DNA of 64,000 bases from Candidatus Cloacimonadota bacterium (GTDB taxonomy: Bacteria > Cloacimonadota > Cloacimonadia > G963667145), in NCBI GenBank assembly GCA_963667255.1, contig OY762940.1, positions 224,001 through 288,000 on the forward strand, read 5' to 3'. The notes under the pieces were generated by a model, which was given only the letters and a program-made list of their open reading frames with translations, searched no databases and was not told the DNA's origin. Position numbers and translations under genes: made by a program. The first letter of the stretch is position 1. Every line of letters starts with the position of its first letter. This document shows positions 1 to 10,468 of this stretch, in pieces.

Positions 1-512
1 CCCTCAGCAGCACCATGCCACCGCTTGTTAAAAGCTTTCGCCTCTTCCAGCTTGTAATCGTCCGCCTTGCTAAACCAAGTAAGCCCACGACAAAGAGAGG
101 CACGAAGCCCTGTATCCTCTACCGCTTCCGCCACTTTGTCCATAAAAAAATACATATCCGCAAAACAGGTAGTCCCCGATGCTATCAACTCCGCACACGA
201 CAATTTGCTACCCCAATAAACAAGCTCGTCGTTCAAATTCTCCTCAAGAGGCAAAATCTTGCCGTTGAGCCACGACCAAAAATCCAAGTCATCAGCGTAG
301 GAACGCATCAAGCTCATAGCGATATGGGTGTGAGCGTTCACAAGCCCGGGCATCGCCAACTTGCCCTTGCCGTCTATCACCTCATCTGCGACAAAATCTC
401 TCGGCTGTTTCCCTACAAAAGCGATTTTTTGTCCGTCAATTCCCAAATCTCCGTCGATAATCTCGGAGGAAACCATACTCAGAATTTTGAGATTTTTTAC
501 TATCTTCTTCAT
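1..512 (-). CDS. mtaD: Amidohydrolase, 5'-methylthioadenosine/SAH/5'-deoxyadenosine deaminase-like (5' part; runs off the window edge)
   Basis: Not in the ORF track. Manual translation from ATG 512: MKKIVKNLKILSMVSSEIIDGDLGIDGQKIAFVG...MPGLVNAHTHIAMSLMRSYADDL...SGTTCFADMYF, with the HxH metal motif and SGTT-FADMY typical of MtaD/DadD. Confidence 0.75.
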   Translation of the reverse strand, partial: MKKIVKNLKILSMVSSEIIDGDLGIDGQKIAFVGKQPRDFVADEVIDGKGKLAMPGLVNAHTHIAMSLMRSYADDLDFWSWLNGKILPLEENLNDELVYWGSKLSCAELIASGTTCFADMYFFMDKVAEAVEDTGLRASLCRGLTWFSKADDYKLEEAKAFNKRWHGAAE

Positions 513-1166
513 TCACTTGCCCTGACCGTAACTCGTCCTCACGAAATCTTGCATCGCCTTAACATCATCAGAATCAATAAGATGAGGCGTTCCAATCGAT
601 TTTGCCATATAGTAAATCTTTGCCGATTTTTCCAAAACAAAACTTATCTTAAAAGCATCTGCCAAACTCGCTCCGACACAAACAGCACCGTGATTGGGTA
701 TCAGCACGGCACCTCTGTCTCCCAAGCCTGCCACCACATTCTTGGCAAGCTCCTTAGTCCCCGGCAAAGCGTATTCACAGCAACGAACAGTCTCGCCAAC
801 TATCTGGGCGAAATCTTCGCACACAGCGGGTATCTCTTGCCTCAGCACCCCGAAAATACTGGAGTAAACTGGATGAGTATGCACCACCGCCAAAACATCG
901 TTGCGGGCATTCATTATCCCGATGTGGAAATTATGCTCGATAGACGGCTTGCGATTGCCCTCCACGATTTGATAATCGCTATTCATCACCACGACATCGT
1001 CTTCCACAATCTTCCTGTAATCCATCCCACTTGGCTTGATGTAAATCAAACCCGTTGCCGAATCCTGCACAGAGATATTCCCCCATGTGCCCACAGTAAG
1101 CCCCTCGTCTATCATCTGCCGACCAGCTTCCACTATCATCCGCTTAAATTTTGTATCTGTTTTCAT
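513..1166 (-). CDS. Class II aldolase/adducin family protein (FucA/Ald2-like)
   Basis: GTWGNIS, KPSG, PSIEHNFH, VVHTHP and NHGAV motifs; its stop abuts the deaminase start. Confidence 0.85.
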   Translation of the reverse strand: MKTDTKFKRMIVEAGRQMIDEGLTVGTWGNISVQDSATGLIYIKPSGMDYRKIVEDDVVVMNSDYQIVEGNRKPSIEHNFHIGIMNARNDVLAVVHTHPVYSSIFGVLRQEIPAVCEDFAQIVGETVRCCEYALPGTKELAKNVVAGLGDRGAVLIPNHGAVCVGASLADAFKISFVLEKSAKIYYMAKSIGTPHLIDSDDVKAMQDFVRTSYGQGK

Positions 1167-1229
1167 CAAACTCTCTTTAAAATAAATTTGCCTTATCCAC
1201 TTTTTCCAAAACTTATCCGATAGTCAAAT

Positions 1230-1261
1230 AAAAAAGGCGAAAGAGAATGAACCCTTCCGCC
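1230..1261 (-). terminator. Rho-independent terminator after ygfK
   Basis: Minus strand GGCGGAAGGG-TTCATT-CTCTTTCGCC followed by a T run. Confidence 0.7.
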
Positions 1262-1285
1262 AAATTAATCACATTATTCCAAAAT

Positions 1286-4200
1286 TTAATAAACAAACAA
1301 ATATCTATAATCGTTGTAGCAAGTCCAAATAATCTCAGCCAACCCTTCCGGCAGTGGCACACTCGGGCAACCGTCACTATCGAAATCGACACAAAGAACC
1401 TCTCCCCAAACCTTTACCTTGAACTTCGGATTGTCGCCGTCCTCAAGCAGAACGAAGCCGTTGTTTTGGTTGTCGCAAAAATCGCTCTCCGTCCAGAACA
1501 GAGTGAACTTGTCTCTGTAAGGCTCGCCGATATACGGACAGAAAAATCCACAATTACCGCACTCATTACACATCCCGTCTATATGCACAATTTGGTTCAC
1601 CTTTTCCAAACCACCTACCACCACTTGGACATTAGCCCTGTTGGGACAAACAGACGAACAGATATTGCACACCGTATCACAACCGAGACATCTGTCAGCC
1701 TCTTTTTCGCCGGTAGTTTGATTGACCAAAATAGCTTTTTTAGCCCGCAGTTCGTTCTCATCAACCTCGATGTCGTCCACCCAAAAGCGGTCTTCAAAGC
1801 CGACTACGCCCTCTTTGAACATAATCGACTTGGCAACTTTGGTGGCATCAGCAATCGCCTCCACAACAGTCGCCGGTCCGCTTTGAGCATCGCCAGCAAG
1901 ATAAACATTGCGAGCGTCGGTCTCCAAAGACAATTCGCTAATAACTTTGTGAACACCCTTAGATGCAAGAAAATCGTTGTCAATTTTGTCGCCGATACTG
2001 GAGATGACCGTGTCAACCGCCAACTCCTCATACTTGCCTGTGCCGACTGGTCTGGCTCTACCGGAGGAGTCTTTCGCACCCAGCTTCATCACTTCGCACT
2101 TGAAGGTCTTGCCGTCATAACTAACGGGAGCAAGCAGATTTTTGAACACAACTCCATCTTCTTGAGCAAGTTCCAACTCTTCCAAGTCCGCAGGCATCTG
2201 CCCGATAGTCCGACGATAAACGATGTAAACCTCATCAGCCAGTCTCTTGGCAGCACGAGCTGCATCCATCGCAGTGTTTCCACCACCGATTACCGCAACT
2301 TTTTTGCCAACCTTGGCTTTGCCAGCCACAAAATCGCTCAAGAACTCAATAGCGTTAAGGCTACTTCCGCCTTGCAAATCCACAAAAGTATGTTTGCCGG
2401 CACCCACAGCCAAAATCACATATTTGTAGCCGTCCTCTTTCAACTTCTCTATCTCGAAATCGCCACAATTAAAATTGAACTTCACACCCAATTTTTTGGC
2501 TAACTCCACATCTTTGGCAATAGCATCTCTGGAAATTCTGAAATCGGGGATAACATTGGCGACAGTGCCACCAGCAACTGAAGATTTCTCGAAAACATCG
2601 ACGGCGAAACCCTCTCTCGCCAAGAAAAATGAAGAAGCAATACCGGCAGGACCTGCACCAATCACAGCAACTTTAACGCCTTTCGCTTCGCCTTTTTTCA
2701 ACTGCAATTTATCATAGCCCTTTTCGGCAGCCAACAACTTCATCTCGCGGATTGCCACAGATTGATCATATTCCATTCTCGTGCATTTGTTCATGCAGGT
2801 ATGCGGACAAATCGTTCCCGTGATGAACGGAAGCGGATTCTTGGCGGTGATTATCTCCAAAGCCTTTGCATATTCGCCTTTTGCCACAGCATCAAGATAA
2901 TCGGGAATGTCCTGACTAATCGGACACTGAGCTCTACACGGGTCAACGAAGCAATCAACCATCGGCAAATATTCATCAATCTTTCGTTCGCTCATCAGAT
3001 GCTTCTCTTTTTTGTGATTGATGTCATCGAAAACGCCATCAGCCAGTTTTTGCAGAGCGTCCACATCTACGGTAGTGTAACCGCCATTTGGCAACAACGG
3101 ATCAACGATAGTCGCAAGTTGATTAAATCTCTCGTAACCACCCGGCTTGAGCAAACTCGTAGCAAGCGTAATCGGTCGGATACCACAAGCAGCAATCTTT
3201 TCGATGTTGAAAGCGTCCGCTCCACCCGAATAAGAAATCTTGAGGTTCCCCTTGAAATGCTTCGCCAACTTCGCAGCCAAATTGATAGTCAGCGGATACA
3301 ACGCTCTGCCCGACATATACATCTCTTCTCCAGGCAAAATCCCCTTGCGGTTTATCGATTGCAAAGTATTGGAAAGTTTCACACCGAACTCTTTCCCTTG
3401 CTCCTTGGCAAACTCGATGAGCCTCTCCAACATCGGCAACGCTTGCTCTATCTTCAAGTCGTTATCAAAAAAAGCTTGCTTTTGCTCAATATCAAAACCG
3501 AGTTTCTCCCAAGTCATTTTCAAGAAATCAGAGCCGAGCAAAGTCGGATTAAGCTTGGCAAAAACATTGAGCTTCTTCTTCTCCAAAAGATACTTAACAA
3601 TCTTCTCAATCTCGTCCGGCGGACATCCGTGCATCGTGGAGAGAGTAATCCCACTACAGATTTGAGACGGGATGCTATCAATGAACTCGTCACTAACTCC
3701 CGAGATTTTAGCCTCTTTCAGAGTCTTTCTACATTTCTCAAAAATCGGCTCGATAGAAGCATCCTTCAGCCCTTCAATAAACTTATCCACCTTAGGGTCA
3801 AGAATCCCTTCCAAGTTGTAACCAACCGACATATTGAAAACGAGACGACCGTTGCTCTCGCCGGAAAGTCCGAGTTTCTTATCCAAAACATGGCAAATGA
3901 ACCAAGCCTTTACATACTCGTCAAAAGCGTTAGCTTCGCCACGGACACACTCCTCTTTGCTGATGCTCCACCCACCGATAGCCAACTCGGTTGACCACTC
4001 AGTATTGTAGCACTCATCGGCAGACTCTATACACGGTTTGCCCAACTCCAGTTTGTCCAAAATCTGCACCGTCTTAATCTCAAAGAATCTGGCTCCTGAT
4101 AAATATGAAGCGATGATATTTTGACTAAGCTGCGAATGAGGTCCAGCAGCCGGTCCCACGATCGTGGAGATTTTCTCGCCAAAAACTTCAGCAAAATTTT

Positions 4201-4321
4201 CGTTCTCCTTACGGAAAAATTTTTGCTCTGGAATAGAAAAAATAGTTCTGCTTTGCTCAAACTCGTCAAAAACCCATTCAACAAGTTTCTTAATTGGTAT
4301 TCTACGCATATGATCACTCAT
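1286..4321 (-). CDS. ygfK: YgfK-family Fe-S flavin oxidoreductase (annotated as putative selenate reductase subunit; anaerobic purine catabolism)
   Basis: MSDHMRRIP start, GPAAGPHSQL, ECYNTEWSTEL, TLSTMHGCPP, GltD-like CP..QDIP/GAGPAG/GGGNTAMD, C-terminal ferredoxin CNECGNC. Confidence 0.92.
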   Translation of the reverse strand: MSDHMRRIPIKKLVEWVFDEFEQSRTIFSIPEQKFFRKENENFAEVFGEKISTIVGPAAGPHSQLSQNIIASYLSGARFFEIKTVQILDKLELGKPCIESADECYNTEWSTELAIGGWSISKEECVRGEANAFDEYVKAWFICHVLDKKLGLSGESNGRLVFNMSVGYNLEGILDPKVDKFIEGLKDASIEPIFEKCRKTLKEAKISGVSDEFIDSIPSQICSGITLSTMHGCPPDEIEKIVKYLLEKKKLNVFAKLNPTLLGSDFLKMTWEKLGFDIEQKQAFFDNDLKIEQALPMLERLIEFAKEQGKEFGVKLSNTLQSINRKGILPGEEMYMSGRALYPLTINLAAKLAKHFKGNLKISYSGGADAFNIEKIAACGIRPITLATSLLKPGGYERFNQLATIVDPLLPNGGYTTVDVDALQKLADGVFDDINHKKEKHLMSERKIDEYLPMVDCFVDPCRAQCPISQDIPDYLDAVAKGEYAKALEIITAKNPLPFITGTICPHTCMNKCTRMEYDQSVAIREMKLLAAEKGYDKLQLKKGEAKGVKVAVIGAGPAGIASSFFLAREGFAVDVFEKSSVAGGTVANVIPDFRISRDAIAKDVELAKKLGVKFNFNCGDFEIEKLKEDGYKYVILAVGAGKHTFVDLQGGSSLNAIEFLSDFVAGKAKVGKKVAVIGGGNTAMDAARAAKRLADEVYIVYRRTIGQMPADLEELELAQEDGVVFKNLLAPVSYDGKTFKCEVMKLGAKDSSGRARPVGTGKYEELAVDTVISSIGDKIDNDFLASKGVHKVISELSLETDARNVYLAGDAQSGPATVVEAIADATKVAKSIMFKEGVVGFEDRFWVDDIEVDENELRAKKAILVNQTTGEKEADRCLGCDTVCNICSSVCPNRANVQVVVGGLEKVNQIVHIDGMCNECGNCGFFCPYIGEPYRDKFTLFWTESDFCDNQNNGFVLLEDGDNPKFKVKVWGEVLCVDFDSDGCPSVPLPEGLAEIIWTCYNDYRYLFVY

Positions 4322-4753
4322 AAAACTACTCCTTAAAAAAGAAAATTTAAAACGCTCAATACTTTTGATTTTCACTAAACTCGTCAAATAGTTTTCTAAT
4401 TGAGATATTTTTTCACTGAAATTTAGCCAAAAATTTTACGACATCTATTGTGAGTTGAAGTTTTTGTGGCACTTTTGAGTCAACTCAGATTCTCAAAATT
4501 CACCAATTTTTGATTTATTCAATATTTTGTCTTTTTTGTTTAATTTTTTCTCCTAAATTTGCACTCTTTTTTTTGAGATTGTAACTCATTTGTTTGTAAG
4601 CCGTTATAAAAATCCAAAATTCCAAAGAGAAAACACAATAAAAAATATAACTTTTTCATTGCATTTTTTATAGAAAGTTCTCTCTTGGATTACAATGATG
4701 AATTTGCGTTTGTATTATGAGAATTTACAATTTAAAAAAGGACTTGTAAAGTA

Positions 4754-7700
4754 ATGAAGATGAGAAAAAATTTTCTTTTCTCCTTATTTTTCGTCGTTTT
4801 GTTGTTGGCTTGCACCGACTACGAGTCCTTTATGTCCTATAATTATACATACACTGTTTCTGGCTCTGTAAAAACCACAGACAACACTGGATATGAGGGA
4901 GCTATTCTAACTCTCGGAGGAAACACTTCCAAAAGTGCAAAAACCGATAGTAGTGGTGCTTACGCTTTCGAAGATGTGGCAATAGGGAAACATTCCATTA
5001 CCCTCACTGTGCCAGCTAATTACGCTGCCGACACTACCATAAAAAACATCGTGGTAAGTGCCTCAAACAACACTGGGAACGACTTCATTATCGCAAAATA
5101 TTGCACTATATCCGGCACAGTCTCGACCTCAACTGGAACTAAATACAGCGGAGCAACTATAAATTTAAGTGGATTTACCACTGCATCTACTACCACAAAT
5201 AGCGAGGGTTTCTATTCGTTCAGCGTGCCACCAAATAAGACTTATAAAGTATCGTTAGTCGTGCCTACCAATTACATTGCCGAAACCACAGAAAAATCTA
5301 TCTCTCTCGCCTATACAGACAGCACAGGAAACAATTTTACCATTACAAGGACCTACTCTATCTCCGGGACTGTCTCTGGCTATATTGGAACAGCTACCAT
5401 TGAGATTTTGGACTACGCTTCCAACAAAGTGAATAGCAAAACTACCAGTGGAAATGGTGGCACTTACACATTTGCCGGACTCTTGAAAGACAGCACTTAC
5501 ACAGTCAAGCTAACAATCCCAACCAATTGCATCGCTGACGACACAACTGAAACTTACAAAATATCTGACAATGTAACCAAAAACTTTACGCTTTCTCCAA
5601 TCTACTCCATCTCTGGGACGATTAATCTTGCGACTAACAACAATGGAACTTCTGCTTTCACTGGTGGAAGCGTGAGTGTGTCGTTGAGTGGGGCTACAAA
5701 TAAGACAATAAACACAAGCGACGGCTTATACTCATTCAATGGACTTACGACCGGCTCTTACACTGTCACGATTACAAACCCAACCGGATACTACACAAAA
5801 GACACTGTTATCACTATCAATCCTCTGAATGCTGATAAACCAAACCAAAACTTCACTATCAAAAAATTGTATTCTATATCTGGCAAAGTTTCCGGCTACA
5901 ATAGTGCCAATCTTACCTTGAGTGGAGACTCTTCGGCTACTACCACCACAAGCACAGATGGCTCTTACTCATTCACAGGCTTAGTCAATGGCAACTACAA
6001 GGTAACCTTAACCATTCCAACCAATTACATCGCTGACGACACAATCAAAGACATCACCATCAGCGATGCCAATGTCGTAGATAGCAACTTTGTTCTTACA
6101 CCAACCTACTCCATCTCTGGGACTGTTAATCTGGCGACTGCAAGCACTACCTCAGCTTACACGAACAGTGCTGTAACGGTAACCCTAAGCAATGGGAAGA
6201 CAACTACAACCAACACAAGCGACGGATCATACTCATTCAGTGGGCTTTTAGCCGGCTCATACACTGTAACTCTTACAACTCCTACCGGCTACTATTGTGC
6301 TACCACTACAATTAGCGTAAACAATTTGAACGCTGATAAACCAAACCAAGATTTCACTATTGAAAAAACTTACAAAATCTCCGGTAAAGTCACCGGCTAC
6401 ACACAAGCAACTGTCGTTTTGGGTGGAAAATCTACCAGCTCTGTGAAGACTTCTACTACCGACAGCACCTACTCATTCACGGGATTGACAAGTGGCTCTT
6501 ACACTGTGACCCTAACTATCCCTGATGCTACCTACTTTGCAGACGATACGACTGAAGCCATAACCATCACAAATGGCGACATCACCAAAAACTTTGCTCT
6601 CACTAAGACCTACACTATCTCTGGGACGATTAATCTTGCGACTAACAACAATGGAACTTCTGCTTTCACTGGTGGAAGCGTGAGTGTGTCGTTGAGTGGG
6701 GCTACAAATAAGACAATAAACACAAGCGACGGCTTATACTCATTCAATGGACTTACGACCGGCTCTTACACTGTCACGATTACAAACCCAACCGGATACT
6801 ACGCAAAAGACACTGTTATCACTATCAATCCTCTGAACGCTGATAAACCAAACCAAAACTTCACTATCAAAAAATTGTATTCTATATCTGGCAAAGTTTC
6901 CGGCTACAATAGTGCCAATCTTACCTTGAGTGGAGACTCTTCGGCTACTACCACCACAAGCACAGATGGCTCTTACTCATTCGCTAATCTAGTGAATGGC
7001 AACTACAAGGTAACCTTAACCATTCCAACCGGTTACATCGCTGACGACACAATCAAAGACATCACCATCAGCGATGCCAATGTCGTAGATAGCAACTTTG
7101 TTCTTACACCAACCTACTCCATCTCTGGGACTGTTAATCTGGCGACTGCAAGCACTACCTCAGCTTACACGAACAGTGCTGTAACTGTAACCCTAAGCAA
7201 TGGGAAGACGACTACAACCAACACAAGCAATGGCTCATACTCATTCAGTGGGCTTTTAGCCGGCTCTTACACTGTAACTCTTACAACTCCTACCGGCTAC
7301 TATTGTGCTACCACTACAATTAGCGTAAACAATTTGAACGCTGATAAACCAAACCAAGATTTCACTATTGAAAAAACTTACAAAATCTCCGGTAAAGTCA
7401 CCGGCTACACACAAGCAACTGTCGTTTTGGGTGGAAAATCTACCAGCTCTGTGCAGACTTCTGCTACAGACAGCACCTACTCATTCACGGGATTGACAAG
7501 TGGCTCTTACACTGTGACCCTAACTATCCCCGATGCCACCTACTTTGCCGACGATACGACTGAGGCAATAACCATCACAAATAGCGACATCACCAAAAAC
7601 TTTGCTCTAACTAAGACTTACACTATCTCAGGGACTGTCAAACTTGGTGGTAGCAACTTCACTGGAAGTGCCGATGTAACTATCAGTGGTGGCTCACTGA

Positions 7701-9598
7701 CTGCCAGCAAAACCATTCCAACAATAAACGGCTCTTACTCCTTATCTGGCTTGGTCGCTGGCTCATACACTGTAACTCTTACAACTCCTACCGGCTACTA
7801 TTGTGCTGCCACAACAATTAGCGTAAACAATTTGACCGCTGATAAACCAAACCAAGATTTCACTATTGAAAAAACTTACAAAATCTCCGGTAAAGTTTCC
7901 GGCTACACCAGTGCCAATCTTACCTTGAGTGGAGACTCTTCGGCTACTACCACCACAAGCACAGATGGCTCTTACTCATTCACAGGCTTGGTCAATGGCA
8001 ACTACAAGGTAACCTTAACCATTCCAACCAATTACATCGCTGACGACACAATCAAAGACATCACCATCAGCGATGCCAATGTCGTAGATAGCAACTTTGT
8101 TCTTACACAAATCTACTCCATCTCTGGGACGATTAATCTTGCGACTAACAACAATGGAACTTCTGCTTTCACTGGTGGAAGCGTGAGTGTGTCGTTGAGT
8201 GGAGCTACGAACAAAACAATAACCACAAACAACGGCTCGTATTCGTTCGATAATCTTTTAGCCGGCTCTTACACTGTCACGATTACAAACCCAACCGGAT
8301 ACTACACAAAAGACGCTGTTATCACTATCAATCCTCTGAATGCTGATAAACCAAACCAAAACTTCACTATCAAAAAATTGTATTCTATATCTGGCAAAGT
8401 TTCCGGCTACAATAGTGCCAATCTTACCTTGAGTGGAGACTCTTCGGCTACTACCACCACAAGCACAGATGGTTCTTACTCATTCACAGGCTTGGTCAAT
8501 GGCAACTACAAGGTAACCTTAACCATTCCAACCAATTACATCGCTGACGACACAATCAAAGACATCACCATCAGTGATGCCAATGTTGCAAACTCAAATT
8601 TCACTCTTATCCCACCTATCTCTCTATCCGACCTAAAAACTCTAATAGCCAACGATAGTGATGTAACCAATGTCAACACTTCTACCATCACAGACATGTC
8701 TTCACTATTCCAAGGGAAAACTACTTTCAACCAAGACATTAGCAACTGGGATGTCAGCAAAGTAACAAACATGCTCAACATGTTCTCCGGAGCCACCAAA
8801 TTCAATCAAAACATAGGAAACTGGAATGTAAGTAGCGTAACCAATATGAGCTACATGTTCCGAGGCGCTACATCATTCAACCAAGACCTAAATAACTGGA
8901 CAACAACTAATGTAACCAATATGAGCAACATGTTCTTTGAAGCCACCAAATTCAATCAAAATATAGGAAACTGGAATGTAAGTAGCGTAACCGATATGAG
9001 CAACATGTTCCGAGACGCTAAATCATTCAACCAAGACCTAAATAACTGGACAACAACTAATGTAACCAATATGAGCAACATGTTCTATGGAGACACCACC
9101 TTCAATGGTAATATTAGTAACTGGAATGTAAGTAGCGTAACCGATATGAGCAGCATGTTCCAAGACGCTAAATCATTCAACCAAGACCTAAATAACTGGA
9201 CAACAACTAATGTAACCAATATGAGCTACATGTTCTGTAGAGCCACCAACTTCAATGGTAATATTAGTAACTGGAATGTTAGCAAGGTAACCGATATGAC
9301 CTACATGTTCCTAAGAGCTACATCATTCAACAAAGACCTAAATAACTGGATAACAACTAATGTAATCAATATGACAGGAATGTTCTTTGGAGCCACCAAC
9401 TTCAATGGTAATATTAGTAGCTGGGCAGATTGTATAAAAAAAGTAACCACTATGGAAGGAATGTTCTGTAGTGCTACATCATTTAATCAAAACCTTAGTG
9501 GTTGGACGGCTGATAAATTTAACTCAAGTGTAATTCATACAAATTTTGATACAGGAGCAAGTGCTTGGAACAGTGGATACAAACCTACTTTCCCATAA
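4754..9598 (+). CDS. 1614-aa surface lipoprotein: tandem CnaB/SdrD-B (prealbumin-like) beta-sandwich modules plus C-terminal DUF285/BspA-like repeats
   Basis: Lipobox LLLAC at residue 20; recurring YSISGTV...T..DG.YSF.GL..G.YTVT modules; C-terminal FNQDISNWDVSKVTNMxxMF 25-aa repeats. Confidence 0.85.
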   Translation: MKMRKNFLFSLFFVVLLLACTDYESFMSYNYTYTVSGSVKTTDNTGYEGAILTLGGNTSKSAKTDSSGAYAFEDVAIGKHSITLTVPANYAADTTIKNIVVSASNNTGNDFIIAKYCTISGTVSTSTGTKYSGATINLSGFTTASTTTNSEGFYSFSVPPNKTYKVSLVVPTNYIAETTEKSISLAYTDSTGNNFTITRTYSISGTVSGYIGTATIEILDYASNKVNSKTTSGNGGTYTFAGLLKDSTYTVKLTIPTNCIADDTTETYKISDNVTKNFTLSPIYSISGTINLATNNNGTSAFTGGSVSVSLSGATNKTINTSDGLYSFNGLTTGSYTVTITNPTGYYTKDTVITINPLNADKPNQNFTIKKLYSISGKVSGYNSANLTLSGDSSATTTTSTDGSYSFTGLVNGNYKVTLTIPTNYIADDTIKDITISDANVVDSNFVLTPTYSISGTVNLATASTTSAYTNSAVTVTLSNGKTTTTNTSDGSYSFSGLLAGSYTVTLTTPTGYYCATTTISVNNLNADKPNQDFTIEKTYKISGKVTGYTQATVVLGGKSTSSVKTSTTDSTYSFTGLTSGSYTVTLTIPDATYFADDTTEAITITNGDITKNFALTKTYTISGTINLATNNNGTSAFTGGSVSVSLSGATNKTINTSDGLYSFNGLTTGSYTVTITNPTGYYAKDTVITINPLNADKPNQNFTIKKLYSISGKVSGYNSANLTLSGDSSATTTTSTDGSYSFANLVNGNYKVTLTIPTGYIADDTIKDITISDANVVDSNFVLTPTYSISGTVNLATASTTSAYTNSAVTVTLSNGKTTTTNTSNGSYSFSGLLAGSYTVTLTTPTGYYCATTTISVNNLNADKPNQDFTIEKTYKISGKVTGYTQATVVLGGKSTSSVQTSATDSTYSFTGLTSGSYTVTLTIPDATYFADDTTEAITITNSDITKNFALTKTYTISGTVKLGGSNFTGSADVTISGGSLTASKTIPTINGSYSLSGLVAGSYTVTLTTPTGYYCAATTISVNNLTADKPNQDFTIEKTYKISGKVSGYTSANLTLSGDSSATTTTSTDGSYSFTGLVNGNYKVTLTIPTNYIADDTIKDITISDANVVDSNFVLTQIYSISGTINLATNNNGTSAFTGGSVSVSLSGATNKTITTNNGSYSFDNLLAGSYTVTITNPTGYYTKDAVITINPLNADKPNQNFTIKKLYSISGKVSGYNSANLTLSGDSSATTTTSTDGSYSFTGLVNGNYKVTLTIPTNYIADDTIKDITISDANVANSNFTLIPPISLSDLKTLIANDSDVTNVNTSTITDMSSLFQGKTTFNQDISNWDVSKVTNMLNMFSGATKFNQNIGNWNVSSVTNMSYMFRGATSFNQDLNNWTTTNVTNMSNMFFEATKFNQNIGNWNVSSVTDMSNMFRDAKSFNQDLNNWTTTNVTNMSNMFYGDTTFNGNISNWNVSSVTDMSSMFQDAKSFNQDLNNWTTTNVTNMSYMFCRATNFNGNISNWNVSKVTDMTYMFLRATSFNKDLNNWITTNVINMTGMFFGATNFNGNISSWADCIKKVTTMEGMFCSATSFNQNLSGWTADKFNSSVIHTNFDTGASAWNSGYKPTFP
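5600..8590 (+). repeat. Near-identical kb-scale internal duplications in the surface protein gene
   Basis: CTCTGGGACGATTAATCTTGCGACTAAC occurs at 5611, 6619 (period 1008 bp) and 8122; module order is roughly A-B-C-D-A-B-C-D-E-B-A-B. Confidence 0.9.
8726..9510 (+). repeat. 75-bp tandem coding repeats (DUF285) with an alternating 150-bp higher-order period
   Basis: TTCAA(C/T) unit starts at 8726, 8801, ...; about 10 units alternating NW(N/D)V and NWTT types. Confidence 0.9.
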
Positions 9599-9703
9599 TA
9601 AATTTTGAGGGATATCTATTTTTTGTCCCTCTAAGATAATGACTGATTAGAAAGCCCTCTTTTTTTGACTGATTTAGGGGGTTTCAATTCTTCTCCGGAA
9701 TTG

Positions 9704-9738
9704 GGGTCGCAATCTTCTGTAGATTGCGACCTTTTTTA
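9704..9738 (+). terminator. Terminator hairpin between convergent genes
   Basis: GGTCGCAATCT-TCTGT-AGATTGCGACC followed by a T run. Confidence 0.75.
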
Positions 9739-9770
9739 TATTCAAATTATTTATCGCCTTATTGGGGAAA

Positions 9771-10256
9771 TCAGTTGTCTATCTCTATCCCTTCCAGTTG
9801 TAGCAACTTCCTCTTTACAGCCAAGCCCGATGCAAATCCGCCTATTTTATTTCCCGCGGCTATCACTCGATGACAGGGGATTACTATCGCCAGAGGATTT
9901 TTGCCACACGCTGTTCCCACCGCTCTGCCAGCTTTGGGCATTCCTATATTCTCGGCAACTTCTCCATACGACAGAGTTTGCCCAAAAGGAATTTTTCGGA
10001 GCTCTCCCAAAACCTTTAAAACAAAAGACGAGCCTTGCGGATTTAGACACAAAGCAAAATCTTTGCGTTTTCCGTCCAAATACTCCAAAATCTGCTTCTT
10101 CACATCTGATAATGCTTCTTCATTTCGCACACATCCCTCGGGCAAAACAAATTTCTCTCCACTTCCTCCCGATTGTATATGCACCATTTCAAGACCATTC
10201 TTTCCACAGACCACTACTATCTTGCCCAAAATAGTTTCAAACTCGTCATAATACAT
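9771..10256 (-). CDS. ogt: Methylated-DNA--protein-cysteine S-methyltransferase
   Basis: IPFGQTLSYG, RAVGTA, NPLAIVIPCHRVI active site. Confidence 0.95.
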   Translation of the reverse strand: MYYDEFETILGKIVVVCGKNGLEMVHIQSGGSGEKFVLPEGCVRNEEALSDVKKQILEYLDGKRKDFALCLNPQGSSFVLKVLGELRKIPFGQTLSYGEVAENIGMPKAGRAVGTACGKNPLAIVIPCHRVIAAGNKIGGFASGLAVKRKLLQLEGIEIDN

Positions 10257-10430
10257 AATCTCTCCTTTGGATATTTATATGTTTTCCCAAGCAATTAGAA
10301 AACCAACTACAAAAAAAAGTAAAAATATTTTAAAAAAAACTTGAGGGATTTTGCGTGCTTAAATATCTATGAATTTAGAACGAGTCTTGAATTGTAAAAC
10401 AAGACGAGATTTATTCTTCTTCTTCTGACA

Positions 10431-10468
10431 GATGGCGATCTTTTTAAAAGGTCGCCATTATTTTTTGT
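10431..10468 (+). terminator. Terminator-like hairpin in the leader upstream of the codA-like gene
   Basis: ATGGCGATC-TTTTTAAAA-GGTCGCCAT followed by TATTTTTT. Confidence 0.6.

Noticed and set aside
15..3994. Long + strand ORFs (15..1223, 1247..2503, 2762..3994) and similar ones such as 21104..22522 and 60021..60848
   Set aside because: Antisense shadows of well-supported genes, with no recognisable motifs.
4451..4487. TGAGTTGA...TCAACTCA inverted repeat with an internal TGGCAC in the divergent promoter region
   Set aside because: The sigma-54 -12 TTGC is not at the right spacing; a single 8-bp inverted repeat is too weak to assign.
8726..9740. Diversity-generating retroelement or CRISPR interpretation of the 75-bp repeats and downstream hairpins
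   Set aside because: The repeats are in-frame coding units without unique spacers; no cas, reverse transcriptase or non-coding template repeat is in the window; the hairpins fit terminators.
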